Source of the DNA: a virus
Taxonomy: Duplodnaviria; Caudoviricetes
Length of the DNA: 32,243 nt
Reading direction: 5' to 3' (one strand)
Virus record (IMG/VR): IMGVR_UViG_3300043932_000317
Span: 1-32,243 of that record
In this document: positions 1 through 7,868 of the stretch, piece by piece
Position numbering within the stretch: the stretch's first letter is position 1
Layout of the letters: each line of letters begins with the position of its first letter
Notes under the pieces: model-generated
Told to the model about the DNA's origin: nothing
The model's database searches: none
What the model saw: only the letters and a program-made list of their open reading frames with translations
Program-made: the position numbers and the translations under genes

Positions 1-288
1 CTGCACTTGAAGAACTTGAAATTGGATTTTAAAATCCATGAGAAGTTTGAGACCTTACCAAGTTTCGATCTACAAAATCCTAGGAAGCATGTCCGTGGTT
101 GCACCTATACGCCAGATTTCAGCATATACGAACACGGTAATTTGGTTAGCGTGGTGGATGTGAAAGGCGGCCGTGCAACGTTAACCAGAGCGTCTGTCTT
201 GCGTATGAAGATGTTCATGGCTAAGTATAAGATACCGGTGGTAATCGCCGAGTACGACGCTAAGAACGGCATATTTGAGGAATATTAG
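1..288 (+). CDS. DUF1064-like PD-(D/E)xK nuclease-fold phage protein (5' partial)
   Basis: Frame open from base 1; YTPDF...VVDVKG motif and 'LRMKMF' C-terminal helix typical of DUF1064 proteins. Confidence 0.7.
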   Translation: MHLKNLKLDFKIHEKFETLPSFDLQNPRKHVRGCTYTPDFSIYEHGNLVSVVDVKGGRATLTRASVLRMKMFMAKYKIPVVIAEYDAKNGIFEEY

Positions 289-300
289 GGAGGCAGATAA

Positions 301-696
301 ATGAGCAGAGAAATTAAGTTCAGAGCTTGGGACAGAGATGAAAAACGCATGTTAGAAGTTTATCGAATTGGTTTTGATGGACCAATAGATGGTGCGCAAG
401 TTTACTGCTACTTAGATGACCGAGGTGCTAAAGGGTCGAAAGAATGTTTTTATGATGGGGATGGCCTAACCTTGGAGCAGTTTACCGGCTTGAAAGACGC
501 AAAAGGCCAAGAGATTTATGAAGGAGACATTGTCCAAGTGGACCCTGATGATCCAGGGTATCAAGTTATCTACAGCGATGAAGATGCGAGATTCTCGATT
601 GTTGGCAATGGGCTTGATAGCGCTCTGGGTGAGGAATATCAGAGCTGTGAAGTAATTGGTAACATTCACGAAAATGCGGGATTACTGGAGGAATAA
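301..696 (+). CDS. YopX family protein
   Basis: MSREIKFRAWD...QFTGLKD..G.EIYEGDIV...EVIGNIHEN signature; RBS GGGAGG. Confidence 0.92.
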   Translation: MSREIKFRAWDRDEKRMLEVYRIGFDGPIDGAQVYCYLDDRGAKGSKECFYDGDGLTLEQFTGLKDAKGQEIYEGDIVQVDPDDPGYQVIYSDEDARFSIVGNGLDSALGEEYQSCEVIGNIHENAGLLEE

Positions 697-700
697 AGAA

Positions 701-913
701 TTGAAGGATAAATTTAAAGTGGCTGGCTATGCGCTAGGAATTGCCTTTGCGTGGATTATGATTCCGATTGCCGGATCTGTTTTATCAGACATTTTAGAAC
801 AGCGAGATAGTTATTTTGCGGCATTTATTGTGTCTATCGGTGGATTGGTTATTCCATTGGCGACTATGATCTATATCGCTATCAGGTTGGTCGATAGATA
901 TTGGCGTGGATAG
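701..913 (+). CDS. Small two-TM phage membrane protein
   Basis: TTG at 701 after GGAGG (687-691); two hydrophobic segments. Confidence 0.65.
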   Translation: MKDKFKVAGYALGIAFAWIMIPIAGSVLSDILEQRDSYFAAFIVSIGGLVIPLATMIYIAIRLVDRYWRG

Positions 914-938
914 AGTTGAAGTTTTGGAGGACAGACAA

Positions 939-1283
939 ATGAAAATTAGAGTATCGGACGTTTTCGATAACGTTAACGACATTCGCAAGAATATGTCAAT
1001 CGGCATGAATGATGAAGTTAAACAAGATTTATCTGAAGACTTGGGAATTGGCATTTTTGAAGTTGATCAGATTTTAGAAAATGCACAGATTTACTTCTAT
1101 GGAGCGTTGCTGAATAAAGTTATTGAGGTGCAAGGTATAAGCGATGACATGAAAGAATTAAAAGCCCGTTTAATGACGATGCTAAGTGAAGATGAAAGCG
1201 GAAACGGTATGTTCTCACCGGGATTAAAAGTAGCGCTGTATGAGCTTGAACACATTGATAAACCATTCGTACACGGGGAATAA
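939..1283 (+). CDS. Hypothetical phage protein (acidic)
   Basis: ATG at 939 after GGAGG; packed in operon. Confidence 0.7.
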   Translation: MKIRVSDVFDNVNDIRKNMSIGMNDEVKQDLSEDLGIGIFEVDQILENAQIYFYGALLNKVIEVQGISDDMKELKARLMTMLSEDESGNGMFSPGLKVALYELEHIDKPFVHGE

Positions 1284-1298
1284 AAAGGGGAAATAAAA

Positions 1299-1538
1299 AT
1301 GTTACTGCAAGAAACTAAAGATTATGTAAATGATGTTTTATTGCCAAAATTTGTGAACGAATATGGCTATGACAGTCCTTATTATGTTGTGGCTCGAGTT
1401 TTTGATATTATCGGTCTTGCTGTTGATAATAACAGTCTTCTGCTTCTTAGCCGCATAGGTTTTAATATCAGGAATAATCGCGAAGAGTTTACTGATTACG
1501 TTGTTAAGTCATTTCAGGATTTGGAGGCAGAGAAATGA
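1299..1538 (+). CDS. Hypothetical phage protein
   Basis: RBS AAGGGG; stop overlaps next start (ATGA). Confidence 0.7.
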   Translation: MLLQETKDYVNDVLLPKFVNEYGYDSPYYVVARVFDIIGLAVDNNSLLLLSRIGFNIRNNREEFTDYVVKSFQDLEAEK

Positions 1539-1735
1539 AGCAGAAATTATCGTGGCTTGCTAACTTTATGGGTGAGTTTCTTTTCACTCTGGTACTTATT
1601 AGTGCAACTACATTAGTGCTTAACTTAGCCGAAAGTAATCTAAGCGGTTCACAAAAGGTTGCATGCTTAGTTGCGGCTTTAGGATTAACGATTTTTGAAA
1701 CGGTTAGACATAAGGGGAGCAAAATAAAATGTTAA
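1535..1735 (+). CDS. Small two-TM membrane protein
   Basis: GGAGG RBS, ATGA coupling, two hydrophobic stretches. Confidence 0.65.
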   Translation: MKQKLSWLANFMGEFLFTLVLISATTLVLNLAESNLSGSQKVACLVAALGLTIFETVRHKGSKIKC

Positions 1736-1872
1736 AGAAGCATGTATATCGAGTAATTGTTTGGGAAGACGACGATCCAACTAAAGCACATCTTGGCAAT
1801 ATCGGGGCAGCTATTAAAAACTTTTTCTATCGACATGAACTCAATTGTGAAGTTAGAAAGTTAAAGCGATAA
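1729..1872 (+). CDS. 47-aa hypothetical protein MLKKHVYRVIVWEDDDP... (not in ORF track)
   Basis: RBS AAGGGGAG, overlaps previous stop, fills the operon gap. Confidence 0.6.
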   Translation: MLKKHVYRVIVWEDDDPTKAHLGNIGAAIKNFFYRHELNCEVRKLKR

Positions 1873-1898
1873 GAGGCGAAAGCAAGGTGAGAGATTAA

Positions 1899-2072
1899 AT
1901 GAAAGATTGGTTGATTGATGTAGGGATTGCCATCTTGTTTGTTTTAGCATTCATTTTCATTATCTGGATGGTAGTTTTATTTCGTGTTTTTGCTGTTTGC
2001 TTCGCTATTCTTGTGGGATTAAGTTTATTCGCTGTTTTGGTGGCGGATGTCCATCTATTTCGTGAAAGATAA
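1899..2072 (+). CDS. 57-aa very hydrophobic membrane peptide MKDWLIDVGIAILFVLAF... (not in ORF track)
   Basis: RBS AAGGTGA; ATG 1899 to TAA 2072; two TM-length hydrophobic runs. Confidence 0.6.
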   Translation: MKDWLIDVGIAILFVLAFIFIIWMVVLFRVFAVCFAILVGLSLFAVLVADVHLFRER

Positions 2073-2132
2073 AAAAGCTCCCGTTTCCGGCAGCCTAGGT
2101 GAGGATAATTATTCGACAAACTAATTATAGCA
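2071..2132 (-). ncRNA. Putative short antisense RNA unit upstream of arpU
   Basis: Minus strand TGcTATAAT (2132-2124), ~45 nt, then imperfect GC hairpin (2077-2094) plus T6. Confidence 0.45.
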
Positions 2133-2164
2133 TCAACTAAAGCTACAACAAAGGAGTTGCGGAG

Positions 2165-2629
2165 ATGGATAGTGTCTTTGGTCTATTGGATAGAAAGCAA
2201 ACAATTAAAAATGCTAAACAGTTTTTGTATGAGTATCAGGATTGGCAACTTGAGGCCGCTAGGTTCGGTTTCTCTTTACAATCTCCAACTATGGATGGCA
2301 TGCCAAAGGCGCAGTCAGACCCTAGACATACCCGACAAGAAGATAAGATGATTAAGCAAGCCACCGCTAAGATGGAATGTGAGTTGCGTTTGAAGACCAT
2401 TCAACTCATGAGCTCGATTGATGATCAGAATGCCTTTTTAGCCGACCTATTGGAGTATCGATTCATTAATCATTACACCGTAAAAAAGTGCTGTGAACGC
2501 TTAGCAGAGAAGTATGATTTAAACTATCTGCCTGAGCGTACATATAACGATTATCAGAAACAAGCCTTATGGGTGTTTGCGATAGTTTGTCCGCGTGACA
2601 CATTACGAGCAAAAAAAGTTCGCCGATAA
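2165..2629 (+). CDS. ArpU-family late transcriptional activator
   Basis: D.KQT..NAKQFL..Y, LQSPTMDGMPKA, C-terminal HTH-like 'ERTYNDYQKQALWVFA'; position upstream of packaging genes. Confidence 0.88.
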   Translation: MDSVFGLLDRKQTIKNAKQFLYEYQDWQLEAARFGFSLQSPTMDGMPKAQSDPRHTRQEDKMIKQATAKMECELRLKTIQLMSSIDDQNAFLADLLEYRFINHYTVKKCCERLAEKYDLNYLPERTYNDYQKQALWVFAIVCPRDTLRAKKVRR

Positions 2630-2693
2630 TCTGCCGACAATCTGCCGATGTTCTGCCGAAAAAATGCAATTTAAGGGGTTATATTGGTATTGT
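2619..2693 (+). promoter_or_regulatory. Late promoter region: four (TCT)GCCGA repeats at 11-bp period, then candidate -10 (TATATT 2680-2685 or TGgTATTGT 2685-2693)
   Basis: GCCGA at 2622, 2633, 2644, 2655; no consensus -35, as expected for an activator-dependent promoter. Confidence 0.7.
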
Positions 2694-2735
2694 GGAATTT
2701 GTTAAAAAGAGTTTCACCCTTCTGGATTTAGATGT

Positions 2736-2806
2736 GTGGCTGTAACGTATACGTACGAAGAGGGCGGACAGCTTACCGTGCAGGGTTCGATTCCCTGCCA
2801 GCCACG
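2736..2806 (+). ncRNA. tRNA-like element 1 (non-canonical)
   Basis: Acceptor-like stem GTGGCTG/CAGCCAC, T-arm GCAGGG-TTCGATT-CCCTGC; no canonical D or anticodon arm, no CCA. Confidence 0.55.
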
Positions 2807-2852
2807 TTGTGCTTTAACGAGCACATACCTCTAAAATATAAAGTATTCAAGT

Positions 2853-2901
2853 GGACTGCCGCCTGGCGGTTAGTTGTGAGTCCGATTCTCACAGGCAGTT
2901 T
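2853..2901 (+). ncRNA. tRNA-like element 2 (acceptor + T-arm only)
   Basis: GGACTGCC/GGCAGTTT stem, T-arm TGTGAG-TCCGATT-CTCACA, 14-nt connector. Confidence 0.5.
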
Positions 2902-2986
2902 TAAACTCACAGATGATTTATTTTATCGAAAATATAGTTAAGTACTCGAGATTCTCTGTTTCTGTTAACGCAATCTGTGAGTGTGA

Positions 2987-3017
2987 CCGGTGCGTGGAAA
3001 ACGCCGGCTTTTATTTT
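2987..3017 (+). terminator. Intrinsic terminator
   Basis: CCGGtgCGT-ggaaa-ACGCCGG hairpin followed by TTTTATTTT. Confidence 0.6.
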
Positions 3018-3022
3018 GCACT

Positions 3023-3117
3023 AAAAAATGGGTGCCTATTAAGCACCCATCGAGACAGCTAACTATGTTTAAGAGATATTCACTGAGGTAACTAAACCTC
3101 TAAAAGCAATTATAGCA
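3023..3117 (-). ncRNA. Putative ~80-nt antisense sRNA
   Basis: Minus strand TTGTAA-16-TATAAT with extended TG; internal hairpin; terminator ATGGGTGC/GCACCCAT plus T6. Confidence 0.55.
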
Positions 3118-3205
3118 CATTTGGTTGCGCTTACAAAATATAGCAACGCAAACGTTCACCAACAATTGCATTGCCATATAGAATCACAAGGTAAATCATA
3201 TGAGT

Positions 3206-3239
3206 AAAATGTGAAGAACTATCACATCAGTTCTTCACA
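3206..3239 (-). terminator. Perfect 11-bp hairpin with T4 on minus strand
   Basis: TGTGAAGAACT (3210-3220) / AGTTCTTCACA (3229-3239). Confidence 0.5.
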
Positions 3240-3267
3240 AATAATTGTATCACAAGGAGGTGGCAAT

Positions 3268-3354
3268 GTGGCCACGTTAATTATTTTAATCCTGGTCATG
3301 TTGTTGCCGGCTGGGATCGTTGAGTATGGCCGTAATAGGGGCTGGTGGTACTGA
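3268..3354 (+). CDS. 28-aa single-TM peptide MATLIILILVMLLPAGIVEYGRNRGWWY (not in ORF track)
   Basis: Strong RBS AAGGAGGTG, GTG start, TGATG coupling to next ORF. Confidence 0.55.
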   Translation: MATLIILILVMLLPAGIVEYGRNRGWWY

Positions 3355-3512
3355 TGAGTGAATCTAGACATCCATATACACCTATGAAGCAAACCGATTA
3401 CGGCTATGTTTCCAAAGAGGAATATCGGATTGACAAACAACTGGACAAAGACTTAAAGAAGCGTCTTCGCAAAGAGGACGCTTTTAATTTGAAGAAAAAG
3501 GAGAAAGGTTAA
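3354..3512 (+). CDS. 52-aa charged hypothetical protein (not in ORF track)
   Basis: ATG overlaps previous TGA; ends 2 nt before next gene. Confidence 0.6.
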   Translation: MSESRHPYTPMKQTDYGYVSKEEYRIDKQLDKDLKKRLRKEDAFNLKKKEKG

Positions 3513-3514
3513 CT

Positions 3515-3784
3515 ATGAATTTTGGCGAAGCATTAGAAGCATTGAAAAATGATAATTGCATTGCACGTAAAGGATGGAATGGCAAGGGAATCTTTATTGC
3601 ATTGAAAAAAGGTGAACGCCTGGATACGCCGAATAATAGATTCGATAAGGTTATGACCCACGATTTTATCTACATTGATACTACAGGTCTTAAAACTGAC
3701 AATCCGGATGCTCCTAAAGATCGAGTGCCGTGGTTAGCAAGTCAAACAGACATGTTAGCCAACGATTGGGAGATTGTTAAATGA
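3515..3784 (+). CDS. DUF2829 family protein, Thoeris anti-defence Tad2-like nucleotide sponge
   Basis: MNFGEALEALK...ARKGWNGKG.FI...PWLASQTDMLANDWEIV family signature. Confidence 0.85.
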   Translation: MNFGEALEALKNDNCIARKGWNGKGIFIALKKGERLDTPNNRFDKVMTHDFIYIDTTGLKTDNPDAPKDRVPWLASQTDMLANDWEIVK

Positions 3785-3912
3785 GCAAACACAACAAGCA
3801 TACGAATAGTCATAAAAAATCGAAAATCAAGGATCGCAAGCGAAAAGCTTTACAGGCTCGACGGCTGAATGAACTTAAACTAAAGCAGGAAAGATCAATT
3901 GGTATCGCTTAA
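3781..3912 (+). CDS. 43-aa highly basic peptide MSKHNKHTNSHKKSKIKDRKRKALQARR... (not in ORF track)
   Basis: RBS GGGAG, ATGA overlap with previous stop. Confidence 0.55.
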   Translation: MSKHNKHTNSHKKSKIKDRKRKALQARRLNELKLKQERSIGIA

Positions 3913-3967
3913 TAGCAGTGCCTTTTTAACACATAAAATAACTAGCACGGAGGTGTGGTGATATGTA

Positions 3968-4450
3968 ATGGCTAAGGAGAAAATTAGAGATTTAGCAACC
4001 TTTTATGAATTGCCATTAAAGCAACGCAAAGCGATCATGTTAATGTTTCCGGGCAATCTCACACAAGAGAAAATCATTGCTGGTCTCCAAGTAGCCAGTT
4101 CGACATTTTATAATTGGAAAACTCATGAACAATTCCGCAAAGCCCAGGAAGAATATAACCATTACATGCTGATTGATCTGACGCCGGAAGCCATTGTTAC
4201 GATGCGTTCATTGCTACACGCCAAGTCTGAAATGGTGCGTTTTAACGCTGCTAAGGATATTCTTGATCGGTCGATGACGGTATCAACGTTAGAAGATGCC
4301 CAACAGCGTAAAGCTAACGCGGATGCCGCAATGGCCGAAGCCAAGTTGGCAGATCTTGAAGATGATAAAGATGATCAAATGGATGCATTAACTGATATGT
4401 TGGGCAAGCTTGCTAAGAACGTTCCGAAGGATGATCAAAATGACGATTGA
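3968..4450 (+). CDS. terS: Terminase small subunit (HTH type)
   Basis: N-terminal HTH (TQEKI..GLQVASSTFYNWK), 'SEMVRFNAAKDILDR', directly upstream of TerL; RBS GGAGGTG. Confidence 0.85.
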   Translation: MAKEKIRDLATFYELPLKQRKAIMLMFPGNLTQEKIIAGLQVASSTFYNWKTHEQFRKAQEEYNHYMLIDLTPEAIVTMRSLLHAKSEMVRFNAAKDILDRSMTVSTLEDAQQRKANADAAMAEAKLADLEDDKDDQMDALTDMLGKLAKNVPKDDQNDD

Positions 4451-5759
4451 CGATTTATTTACTAAGAAGCAACAGCAGGTTTTAAACCAAGAACTGAATA
4501 ATCGTCATTGGAAATTGATGATTAATTACGGTGCCGTTCGTGCTGGTAAAACATTTGTTGATAATTTTGTTTTTCTATATGAAGTTAAACATGCTGCTGA
4601 AATTGCACGATCTAAGAAAGTTAAATATCCAATGTACATTCTGGCCGGAGTTTCAAGCAAATCAATTGCCAATAATATCTTGAATGAAATTGCTAATACA
4701 TTTGGATTGACCTTTAAATTTGATAAACACAATTCGTTCAAGATTAAATTTCCTGGTTTGCCGGCAGTTAAAATAGTTCAGACATTTACAGGATCTATAT
4801 CTGGATTGGGCGCTATTCGTGGAATGACTTCGTTTGGAGCCTACATCAATGAAGCCTCACTTGCCAATAAAGAAGTATTCGAAGAGATCCGTTCACGATG
4901 CTCTACACCAGGTGCACGAGTTGTTTGTGATACTAACCCTGATGTGCCCACGCATTGGCTCAAAACGGATTATATAGATAATCCTAAGCATTCTAGCGAA
5001 ATCATCAGCAATCACTTTACAATGGACGATAACACCGTATTAGATCCAGAATATGTGGCTGGTCAGAAATCAACAACTCCATCTGGTATGTTCTATGATC
5101 GTAAGATACTCGGATTATGGGTTGCCGGTGAAGGTCTGGTCTATCAAGACTTTGACAAATCAAAGAATCTAATTACTCGCGCCGAGTTTGACACACGAAC
5201 TGCTGATCAACAGTTAACTTACTATTGTGGCGTCGATTGGGGCTATGAGCACGATACGTCAATTGTTGTATTGGCTGATGATAATGATGGCAATACTTAC
5301 TTAGTTGAAGAGCATACTGGGCATTTGGAGCAGATTATGTATTGGGTCAAGATTGCCAAACAGGTTCAACAAGATTATGGCTACAATATACCGTTTTATT
5401 GTGATACAGCTCGAGTTGAACATATTGACAAGTTCAAGGAAAACAACATCAACGCTCAGTATGCGTATAAATCCGTTTTAAAGGGCATTGAACAAGTTGC
5501 GGGTCTTATTAAGCAGCATAAGTTTATGGCCGTTCAAGAAGGCATACAGCAGTTCTTGGATGAGGTTTATCAGTACGTCTGGAATGACAAAACTGGTGAA
5601 CCAGTCAAAGAACATGACCACGTGATGGATGCTATTCGTTACGCGATTGCAACACGTCAATGGAATCATGAATATAATCAGCCACACGACAATTATGATC
5701 AGCAAGATCAACTGCTCGCTGACAAAGGATTGATCGATTATCCCGATGATTTATTTTAG
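4440..5759 (+). CDS. terL: Terminase large subunit, PBSX family
   Basis: Walker A GAVRAGKT, Walker B AYINEA, coupling motif DTNP, nuclease GVDWG and DHVMDAIRYA. Confidence 0.95.
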   Translation: MTIDDLFTKKQQQVLNQELNNRHWKLMINYGAVRAGKTFVDNFVFLYEVKHAAEIARSKKVKYPMYILAGVSSKSIANNILNEIANTFGLTFKFDKHNSFKIKFPGLPAVKIVQTFTGSISGLGAIRGMTSFGAYINEASLANKEVFEEIRSRCSTPGARVVCDTNPDVPTHWLKTDYIDNPKHSSEIISNHFTMDDNTVLDPEYVAGQKSTTPSGMFYDRKILGLWVAGEGLVYQDFDKSKNLITRAEFDTRTADQQLTYYCGVDWGYEHDTSIVVLADDNDGNTYLVEEHTGHLEQIMYWVKIAKQVQQDYGYNIPFYCDTARVEHIDKFKENNINAQYAYKSVLKGIEQVAGLIKQHKFMAVQEGIQQFLDEVYQYVWNDKTGEPVKEHDHVMDAIRYAIATRQWNHEYNQPHDNYDQQDQLLADKGLIDYPDDLF

Positions 5760-5761
5760 GA

Positions 5762-6097
5762 GTGATGAAAATGTCAAAGCTCATGACAATGGAAGAATGG
5801 AAAAAGCAAGCAACTACCAAGGACACAGCACCAATGGATATGAATGTGTTTGAACCGATGCTCAATGGAAAGCCACTTGAATTTAAAGATCGTGGCATAA
5901 CTTATTCAATTCCAATTGGTTTGGATGTCAAAATGATATTTGAAAGTTTAGCAAAATTAGTGAATGACAATATTAATGAAAAAGACAAATCGGTCAACGA
6001 CTCCAAAAAGTTGTTGGCCGTTAAATTTGCTCATAAATATTGTGAATTACACAAAAACGATGAAAGTAAGGTAAATGACAGTGGCGGAAACAAATGA
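5762..6097 (+). CDS. Hypothetical protein between terL and portal
   Basis: RBS AGGAGTGA (true start possibly ATG 5771); overlaps portal start. Confidence 0.65.
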   Translation: MMKMSKLMTMEEWKKQATTKDTAPMDMNVFEPMLNGKPLEFKDRGITYSIPIGLDVKMIFESLAKLVNDNINEKDKSVNDSKKLLAVKFAHKYCELHKNDESKVNDSGGNK

Positions 6098-7868
6098 TTT
6101 ATCAGCACATTATCGTTCAATCAATCCACAGCCAAACTCCATTAACTTATTAAACGGCCAACGTTATGGTAATCGATATGCATTTCAAACTAATCAACCA
6201 TACAACATTCCAGTATCCTCCTGGCAACCAATTAAAGATGATCCAAGCGCATTTCAAGAGTTAGTTCAATGGTACGTCAGCGATCACTTTAATAATCAAC
6301 TGCCCCGAATCTTGGAGCTGGAACGTTATTACTTAGCCGATAATAATATTCATTACTGGCTGTCTAATAAGCGTTCTAATCGGGCTGACAATCGGATATC
6401 AAGCGCTTTAGCACGATACATTACCAACATCCAAGTTGGTTATGAGTTTGGCACACCGTTGACTTTTGGCTATCAAAATAAAGATGATAAAGATGATACT
6501 GGCGAAAATGTTATTCAGGCTGTTGATGATTTCAATCAAACCAACGATGAACCATATCATGAAAAGGTTATGGGGAAAAATCTAGCAAATGTTGGGCGAG
6601 CTTATGAATTACTGTATGTACCTGAAGGAACTAAGCAACCTAAGATTACGGCAATTGACCCCAACAGTGCATTTGTCGTTTGGTCTACCGATGTAGAACC
6701 AATTGAATTGTTCGCAGTTCGCTATTATGTCGTTAACGATGCTGATAAAACTTATTATCAAATTGAGGTTTATACCGATAACCATATCTATCACTTTACT
6801 GCTGGTGCCAATCCTGATTCTGATTGGGCATTAACTAGTGATGAGGAACACTAGTTCCAACAAGTACCGTTAACTGAATTTAGCTTGAATGAGGAACGTG
6901 TGGGCGCTTGGGAAACTAAACTTGATGAAATTGACGCCTATGACCAAGCTCTATCTGAAATGGCTAACTCACAAGAAGATTTTAGCAACGCAACGTTGAC
7001 GATTAGTGGGAAAGTTGCTAATCAGTCTGGTAAGACTGAACAAATGCTAGATCCCAAAGGCCAGCCAGTGTATCTCGATAGTGTGAGTGGTGGCTATACA
7101 AACCAGTCAACGACAAACGGCAAGCCTAACGCACCGGTTATGGTTCAGAAAGTCCTTGATACCAAGGCCAATGTGCTTTATCTAAAGCCATACGTGCATG
7201 ATAATCCTAATGGTTCGCAAACCATCAGTAATACTTCAGCAGCCTATTTAACCAAGTCATTGAATGCGAGTGAGTGGCAGATATACATTCAGCAGTTGTT
7301 ATCTGATATTCATAAAGACACTAACACGCCAGATACAACTGATCAAAACTTCGCAGCTAATGCCTCTGGTGTTGCTATGGCTTATAAACTATGGGGATCC
7401 GATCAGGAAATGGCAATGTCAGAAACACTTTATCAGCGGGGCTTGAGAAGACGGCTCCGACTATTGGCAATTTATTGGAACTATGTTTCAAGCACAGGTA
7501 TCAAAGTGACGGATGACAGTAATCCAGCCGATAATGTAACCATTACGTTTACGCCAAACCTGCCTAAGAACAACCAGGAAACCATGACGTTAATTCAAGG
7601 ATTGAATCAAACAGGTAAGTTCTCTGCACAAACATTACGTGAATTAGCCGAACCGATTACTGGGATTCCTGCTGATCAGGAACAAGAGCGATCTGCTGAT
7701 GACGACTCTCAGCAAGATGATCGGACCGCCACAATAATGGCGAATGCACAAGCTAAGTTACAAAAGATGAACAACGGATCGGGTGATGATGATGACAACG
7801 ATCAAGCAGGAGCGCAAGAAGATCAACAAACTGATCCAACGGGACAACCGCAACAATCAGACGATTGA
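6075..7868 (+). pseudogene. SPP1 gp6-like portal protein, interrupted by in-frame TAG at 6852-6854
   Basis: ORFs 6075-6854 and 6885-7868 share one frame (EEH*FQQVPLTEF...); portal motifs ADNRI, IDAYD, FAANASGVAM, ITFTPNLPKN. Confidence 0.9.

Noticed and set aside
2619-2660. CRISPR-like or mini-array
   Set aside because: 11-bp period with no spacers; fits an operator.
2736-2806. Functional tRNA gene
   Set aside because: No D-loop GG in place, 6-bp T-stem, no 7-nt anticodon loop with U33, no CCA.
2732-2941. 69-aa ORF over the late leader
   Set aside because: No RBS; region better explained by RNA structure.
6852-6854. Phage-wide TAG recoding or suppression by the tRNA-like elements
   Set aside because: TAG is the normal stop of terL, scaffold and capsid; only one internal TAG seen; neither element has a proper anticodon arm.
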